Source: an uncultured Ruminococcus sp. (GTDB lineage: Bacteria; Bacillota; Clostridia; Oscillospirales; CAG-272). Taken from it: a stretch of DNA of 41,925 bases. Positions 41,107 to 41,925 of this stretch are shown piece after piece; the stretch's first letter is position 1; every line of letters begins with the position of its first letter. The notes below the pieces were generated by a model. That model searched no databases. It was not told where the DNA came from and was given only the letters and a program-made list of their open reading frames with translations. The stretch spans positions 2,340 to 44,264 of the forward strand of contig CAYYRY010000002.1 in the NCBI GenBank assembly GCA_964474245.1, given 5' to 3'. The position numbers and the translations under genes are program-made.

Positions 41107-41925
41107 ATGAACCAATTACTTAGGTTACGATCCGGCGGCGGAATACAGATACCGAATATTCATGTTGAACAGGGCATACCAACGGTATGTATCGGTCTCG
41201 GAGGTGCGGGAACCGATTGCTTGAATATGCTGAAATCAAAGGTATATGATACCGTTATTCCCGATGATCCTGACGTAAGAGCGCCGATTTATTCTAAGAT
41301 AAAGTTTTTGGCTGTCGATTTTAACAGACCACGTATTGAACGCGAATGGAATCGCAATAAATTAGCAATTGATCCTGACAGAGAGTTTTTCGACTTATCC
41401 CATTACAGCGTTGTAGAAGAAATAAGAAACAACCACGAGCTGATAGATGCCGATCCGTGCTACAGAGATTGGTTTCGCAGTACTGAGCTTGTATCACTTG
41501 GTGGTAATCAGCTGAGTCCTGTCAGACAAAGCGGAAGGTACTTGTTCATGAAAAAAGTACCGGAATTCATTAATGCAGTGATGCGTGAGATAGATTATGC
41601 TGTCAGATCACACCACTCACGCAATGTAAATATCCACATTTTCTGCGGACTTTGCGGTAAAACAGGCTCCGGAATATTTCTTGATGTATGCTATCTTTTA
41701 CAGCACGCGTTGGATATGCTTGGATACGAAGGCACAATATTCGGATATTTCTTCCTTCCTGAGGTTATTATTGCAAATCATGTCGACGATGATACTAAAA
41801 GATACCTCAAGGTGTACGGCTATGCCGCCCTTCAGGAGCTTGATTATTGCATGAGCTTCGACAGTAACGGAGACAAATGGTCACAGCTTTATCCTTATGT
41901 CGGTAAGATAGAAAGCACCCGTCGT
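41107..41925 (+). CDS. Second tubulin/FtsZ-like GTPase paralogue (3'-truncated by window end; not in the ORF track)
   Basis: An AAGGAG RBS precedes the start, and 273 codons are open to the last base. CIGLGGAG is at nt 41194-41211 and HIFCGLCGKTGSGIFLDVCYLL has its signature at nt 41653-41673. Long collinear matches to the 25742 gene include IKFLAVD, FGYFFLP and NGDKWSQ. Confidence 0.8.
   Translation, partial: MNQLLRLRSGGGIQIPNIHVEQGIPTVCIGLGGAGTDCLNMLKSKVYDTVIPDDPDVRAPIYSKIKFLAVDFNRPRIEREWNRNKLAIDPDREFFDLSHYSVVEEIRNNHELIDADPCYRDWFRSTELVSLGGNQLSPVRQSGRYLFMKKVPEFINAVMREIDYAVRSHHSRNVNIHIFCGLCGKTGSGIFLDVCYLLQHALDMLGYEGTIFGYFFLPEVIIANHVDDDTKRYLKVYGYAALQELDYCMSFDSNGDKWSQLYPYVGKIESTRR

Noticed and set aside
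41630-41638. DnaA-box-like ATATCCACA
   Set aside because: It is a single copy with one mismatch, inside the coding sequence of the second tubulin-like gene. It is most likely chance.
41647-41664. GLCGKT in the second tubulin-like protein read as a Walker A P-loop
   Set aside because: The spacing is GxxGKT, not GxxxxGK[ST]. The segment also aligns exactly with the tubulin signature GGTGAG of the paralogue, so it is a mutated T4 loop rather than a P-loop.
1-41925. CRISPR arrays, IS elements, integrases/recombinases, rRNA genes, toxin-antitoxin pairs
   Set aside because: I scanned the ORF translations and repeats. No transposase, integrase or Cas-like motifs were seen, and no regularly spaced repeats of 25-40 nt. 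Mobility of the accessory cluster is therefore unsupported within this window.

Overview
The window looks like a chromosomal segment from a Gram-positive, Clostridia-like anaerobe. This is inferred from gene content only, and no taxon can be proven from the sequence. Positions 1 to about 22.7 kb are ordinary housekeeping DNA: yloV (5'-truncated), tex, an rsuA-family pseudouridine synthase, a GT4 glycosyltransferase, murJ, a MinD/ParA-like ATPase, an MGS-like gene, ymdB, mrnC, an ireB-family gene, ribF, a D-Ala-D-Ala carboxypeptidase, trmO, tRNA-Glu(CUC), and the conserved rpmH-rnpA-yidD-yidC-jag block. After the jag terminator and a roughly 400-bp AT-rich promoter region, the rest of the window (about 23.1 to 41.9 kb) is an accessory, strictly co-directional cluster. 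It encodes an exported vWA/MIDAS protein with a TM anchor and a cytoplasmic tail. A small TM protein carries a paralogous tail. Next comes an 1131-aa tubulin/FtsZ-like GTPase and a 636-aa protein that may be its degenerate paralogue. These are followed by a 217-aa unknown, a Zn-ribbon P-loop (G1/G3/G4) GTPase, a 787-aa protein with a GAP1-like N-terminus, and a kinase-fold protein lacking the catalytic Asp. The cluster ends with a Sel1-repeat membrane protein, a roughly 12-TM membrane protein and a lipoprotein. A second, diverged tubulin-like gene starts at 41107 and runs off the window; it is absent from the ORF track because it has no stop codon in the window. I consider this cluster the candidate undescribed system: a membrane-anchored, multi-NTPase (tubulin-like plus small GTPase) signalling, remodelling or conflict module. 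No IS element, integrase, CRISPR array or rRNA was seen. All domain calls rest on motif recognition by eye, since no searches were possible.
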